The position numbers and the translations under genes are program-made. Shown here in pieces: positions 57,555-64,000 of a stretch of DNA of 64,000 nucleotides. Numbering within the stretch: the stretch's first letter is position 1; each line of letters begins with the position of its first letter. The notes below the pieces were generated by a model. The model was not told the origin of the DNA. It ran no database searches and worked only from the letters and a program-made list of their open reading frames with translations. The stretch lies in NCBI GenBank assembly GCA_963716395.1, contig OY970309.1:1536001-1600000 (forward strand), written 5' to 3'. Source of the stretch: an uncultured Fibrobacteria bacterium (GTDB taxonomy: Bacteria > Fibrobacterota > Fibrobacteria > UBA11236).

Positions 57555-57941
57555 AGCATTCCAAGGGAGAAAGAAGGCAACGCAAGAAGTTTTCAATCGA
57601 CCGAGGAAGTTGACCTTCAAAGCATCCGCCAATTCCTGGATGCCTTGAAGCGGAGGCGATCGCACACATAAAAACCATGTTTGTCCTTCTTCCTACCGAA
57701 CTCTTTCACTTAAGATTTTTCCCGCCTCTAGCGCGAGGAAAGTTCTTTGTCAGGCGAACCATATTTCCTTGTGAGAAACAAGCATTAAGGCCAAGAATCA
57801 ATTTTTGTTGTTGAACCACACTGCTAAGGGCTAAAAGCATTTTTGGCTCCTTGTGGTTGGGTGCAAGGGGAAACCAGGCGGTTGACCACACTTTGAGTGA
57901 GGGAAATTGCTTGGGAAAACCTTGATAGACCGAAGGTGACT

Positions 57942-60909
<2,968 letters not shown>

Positions 60910-61136
60910 TTATCTTCGCCTTCGGTCAATTCAAGGTCTTCCCTTGAACCCAATCCGAAGGAGCCAAGTGCTTCCTGCCCAAAGCAGGTGGTACACAACA
61001 AAAGAACCAAGGTTGGTTGCGAAAGCTTCCCGCCAATACCAAGATTCTTGGTCCTTAATGCGATCTCACCTCCGTTCTAATGCAAAAATTAGGGCGGAAA
61101 AAAACAAATCGAAATATGGCTTCGCCAAACGAGTCT

Positions 61137-61253
<117 letters not shown>

Positions 61254-61269
61254 TTATTTCAAAAAAAAT

Positions 61270-61307
61270 CGGGTCATTCCTTTATCGGAATGGCCCGGTT
61301 TGTTTTT
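61270..61307 (+). terminator. Rho-independent terminator after 5S (probably bidirectional)
   Basis: CGGGTCATTCC-loop-GGAATGGCCCG, followed by a T-rich run and preceded by an A-run. Confidence 0.82.
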
Positions 61308-61355
61308 ATACCCGGCGCTTCTGATAGATCATTTTTTGCAGGTATTGGTGGGCGT

Positions 61356-61979
61356 TCAAAAAAAGCTGTGGCCATAATCACCCGCCTCGCGTTTCCATTT
61401 CGCCAGCCATTTTTGTCTTTCTTCTTCAAACTTGCGTTCCGCGTTTTCCTTTTCCTTTTTCAATTGATCGTCCAGGAGATTCCCGCCGGATTTGCGCCAA
61501 TCCAACAGTCGGTTCAATTCGCCAGCCTGTAAAAAGGTCCCATGCTTTCCGCATTGATCCGTAATCACCCCGCTGCGGGCCCCGAAATTCACGCGGTTCA
61601 TATACTTGCCGCATACCGGGCATTTCCGATACTTTAAGATGTCGGGAGGCGCGCTCGTCCCCATTTCTCCGAGCCGGGCGAAATCGATGCGATCGGCATG
61701 GAATACCGACGCCTCCAGAATCGCTTCCAGTTCGCCCGTGTCGAAAAACATTCCCAGGCAACGTTCGCACCGATCCACCAGAAAACGCTTCTCCGGCTGG
61801 GCGCTGATGTTCCAGGAGGCCATCGGCATATCGCAATCGGGACAATGGCGCTTGGTTTCCGGTTCGGCTTCGGTATATCCGCCGACACGGCGGAGATCCA
61901 CATCGTTCACCGTGCCGCAATACGCGCAAACCGGCGAAGCCTCTGGGAGCAGGGCGGAACAATTGCGGCAGCGGGGCAT
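61356..61979 (-). CDS. Multi zinc-ribbon (zf-TFIIB-like) protein
   Basis: CRNC..CAYC, CPDC..VDRCERCLGMFFDTGELE, CPVC..DQCGKHGTFL..GEL. Confidence 0.82.
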   Translation of the reverse strand: MPRCRNCSALLPEASPVCAYCGTVNDVDLRRVGGYTEAEPETKRHCPDCDMPMASWNISAQPEKRFLVDRCERCLGMFFDTGELEAILEASVFHADRIDFARLGEMGTSAPPDILKYRKCPVCGKYMNRVNFGARSGVITDQCGKHGTFLQAGELNRLLDWRKSGGNLLDDQLKKEKENAERKFEEERQKWLAKWKREAGDYGHSFF

Positions 61980-61985
61980 GCAGCG

Positions 61986-62990
61986 TTATAGCGCGGCGAG
62001 GATTTCCTTGCGTTTGCTTTGGAATTCCTCTTCCCCGATGAGTTTTTTCTGGTAAAGATCGAGCAAAACCTGCAAACGTTCCTCCACGCGCTGGCTCGCG
62101 GAACCGGGTTTCGGCGCTCCGAGCGACTCGGCCATGGCGCCGCTCAAGGCCATGCCCGCGCCCAATCCCACGCCCGCTCCGGCGGCCCCGCCTTGGTTGC
62201 GGGCGGCGTCGCGCAAGGCGTCAAGCTTTTGCATTTCGACATAAGAAAGTCCGGCGGCCTTGGCCTCTTGGGTGGCCGCGATGCGATCGCCGATTTGTTT
62301 GATCCGCGCCCGGGTTTCGTCGTCGAAGTCCGCGCCTTCGATGCGGAAATCCAAGGCCTTCAACCCCAGCTTTTGGAACTCGGCTCCCACCTTGACCAGG
62401 ATGCCGGCGGCGATTTCTTCGCGGCGCGCGTCGATTTCCAAATAGGGCGGGCGCGCTTCGGCCACGTAATCGCTGATGCTTTGCACAATGCGGTCGGCCA
62501 GCACCGCCCTTGCGTCGCTGATGCGGTACAGGGCTTGCCCGCCCACCAAGGCCCGGTAAAAGCTTTCGGGTTCCGCCACCAGATAACTGAAATTGCCGTG
62601 GGCCCGCAGGGCCGCGGGAATGCCGTATTTCGGCTCCTCGTATTTGACGGGGGCGGGAGTTCCCCATTTTTGGTCGACGATCTCGCGGCGCGCGAAGAAG
62701 TAAATCCCCGTCTTGTGTTCGCTTTGGAAGAATTGCATGCTCTTGGTTACCGTGGTCCAAAAGGGAAGGTTGGCGGTATGCAGCTCCATCATGCCTTCCC
62801 GTTGGTGCACGGCGCGAATCTGCCCTTCGTAAACGAATATGCAACCCTGGCCCGGACCGAGGATCAGCTTGGAGGCGTTTTTGATTTCATCGCCGTTTTC
62901 CGACCAGCGCCAAAAAAGTTGGTCGGGATGGGGATCTTCCCATTCAATCACCGATCGAAGCTGGCGTTTCAAACCGTCGAGCATACCCAT
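61986..62990 (-). CDS. SPFH/band-7 domain protein (YdjI-like) with C-terminal SHOCT-like helix
   Basis: VIEWE...EIKNASKL..PGQ, KWGTP.P, GAGVGLGAGM, L..L...LI.EEEF..KRKEIL. Confidence 0.85.
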   Translation of the reverse strand: MGMLDGLKRQLRSVIEWEDPHPDQLFWRWSENGDEIKNASKLILGPGQGCIFVYEGQIRAVHQREGMMELHTANLPFWTTVTKSMQFFQSEHKTGIYFFARREIVDQKWGTPAPVKYEEPKYGIPAALRAHGNFSYLVAEPESFYRALVGGQALYRISDARAVLADRIVQSISDYVAEARPPYLEIDARREEIAAGILVKVGAEFQKLGLKALDFRIEGADFDDETRARIKQIGDRIAATQEAKAAGLSYVEMQKLDALRDAARNQGGAAGAGVGLGAGMALSGAMAESLGAPKPGSASQRVEERLQVLLDLYQKKLIGEEEFQSKRKEILAAL

Positions 62991-63115
62991 AGTATCCCCC
63001 GATCGAAGATTTCACAAAGGTCTGTTCTATGTTCGCAAACTGACGGGCGAATGACAAGAGAACCCCGAGGATAGACATTCCGTTCCTGGTTGTATTTCTT
63101 CGGCAGCGCGGCCGT

Positions 63116-64000
63116 TCATTCTCCAACCGGCTCCTTCGGGCAAAGAAATTCCAGCGCCGGCGGAAGCGCGGTGAACATGACCAGCAACCCGGCCCCGATG
63201 CCGAGCGTGGCCAGAAATCCGATGGTTTGCATTCCCTTGTGGCTTACGAAGCAGAGGCCGGTGAATCCGAACATGTTATTGAGCGTCCCGGTCAACACCG
63301 CCGAACCCGTGGTGTGATAGAGTTCGGTCATGCGGCCGGCCCCCAACTCCAGGCGACGGTGATAGAGATGGATCACCGAATCCACCGAAACCGAAAGGAT
63401 GGTGGGCAGCACCACCAGGTTGAAGACGCCGAGTTTCAAACCCAGGATTCCCATGCACTTGTAGGTCCAATAAGCCGAAAGCACGATGAAACCCACGGCG
63501 ATCAAAACACCGCGCCAACTGCGCATGTCGAGCCAGGTGATGAGAATCAATAGCAGCAGAGTCGCAGCCGCCAGCAACGGCGCGTCTTCTTTGACCATGC
63601 GCACCACGTCGGCGTAAATGAAACCGCTGCTGGCCACCAGCACCGGGCCTTGCGCGGAAGGGAGGTGTTGGAAGCGCGCCTGGAATTTGGCGCTTTCCAG
63701 GGCGTCGCTTTCGCGCATCTGGGCGTAGAGATAACCCAATTTTCCGTGGCTGCCGTCGGCTTCGGTGAGAAAGCGCTGCGCCCAGACCGGAAGATCGCGA
63801 AAACCGAAAACCCCCACGTCCAAATGATTCTTGAGCAACGCCAGTTCGGCCCGGGTGGAAGAGTCGACCCGGCGCAGCGCACGGGCGTTCAGGAGCGTGC
63901 GGATTTCCCCGAGAATTTGCAGGCGTTCCCGTTGAGCCGGCAGGGGCGGCACGAAGCTTTGGATGGTGATGAAACTTTTCAGCATGCTGTCCGCCGGAGT
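63116..64000 (-). CDS. MMPL/RND family transporter (5'-truncated by the window edge)
   Basis: Multiple TMs, VSVDSVIHLYHR, TGSAV, GFTGL, TALPPAL. Confidence 0.8.
   Translation of the reverse strand, partial: TPADSMLKSFITIQSFVPPLPAQRERLQILGEIRTLLNARALRRVDSSTRAELALLKNHLDVGVFGFRDLPVWAQRFLTEADGSHGKLGYLYAQMRESDALESAKFQARFQHLPSAQGPVLVASSGFIYADVVRMVKEDAPLLAAATLLLLILITWLDMRSWRGVLIAVGFIVLSAYWTYKCMGILGLKLGVFNLVVLPTILSVSVDSVIHLYHRRLELGAGRMTELYHTTGSAVLTGTLNNMFGFTGLCFVSHKGMQTIGFLATLGIGAGLLVMFTALPPALEFLCPKEPVGE

Overview
GC-rich bacterial chromosome segment. From recalled 16S signatures it is most likely an environmental Fibrobacterota (not database-checked). The backbone is housekeeping: an ABC-2 exporter with TetR, accD, folC, rpsT, argD, argG, ispD, ispF, rlmD-like, hrpB, motAB, tRNA-His, arfB-like, hemH, and a complete 16S-23S-5S rRNA operon with no spacer tRNA. 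Three accessory islets interrupt it: (i) SNF2/SWIM, a REP-associated tyrosine transposase with hairpins sharing an ACAAG loop, and a frameshifted DUF3024, all between argD and argG; (ii) a secreted pYEATS-like gene pair plus a beta-barrel gene; (iii) TetR plus an MGT-type glycosyltransferase beside tRNA-His. The best candidate for an undescribed system is the co-oriented cluster at ~39.3-53.0 kb. It encodes an MglA-type Ras-like GTPase with a ~300-aa Pro-rich tail ending in a MinD-like membrane-targeting helix, up to four roadblock/LC7-fold proteins, TPR and DUF4388 membrane scaffolds, two sigma-54 activators and a membrane Ser/Thr kinase. A second candidate is a histidine kinase whose sensor is a whole FG-GAP/ASPIC-UnbV (CRTAC1-like) module, encoded downstream of a FadL-like porin. 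All family assignments come from reading motifs by eye; no searches were run.
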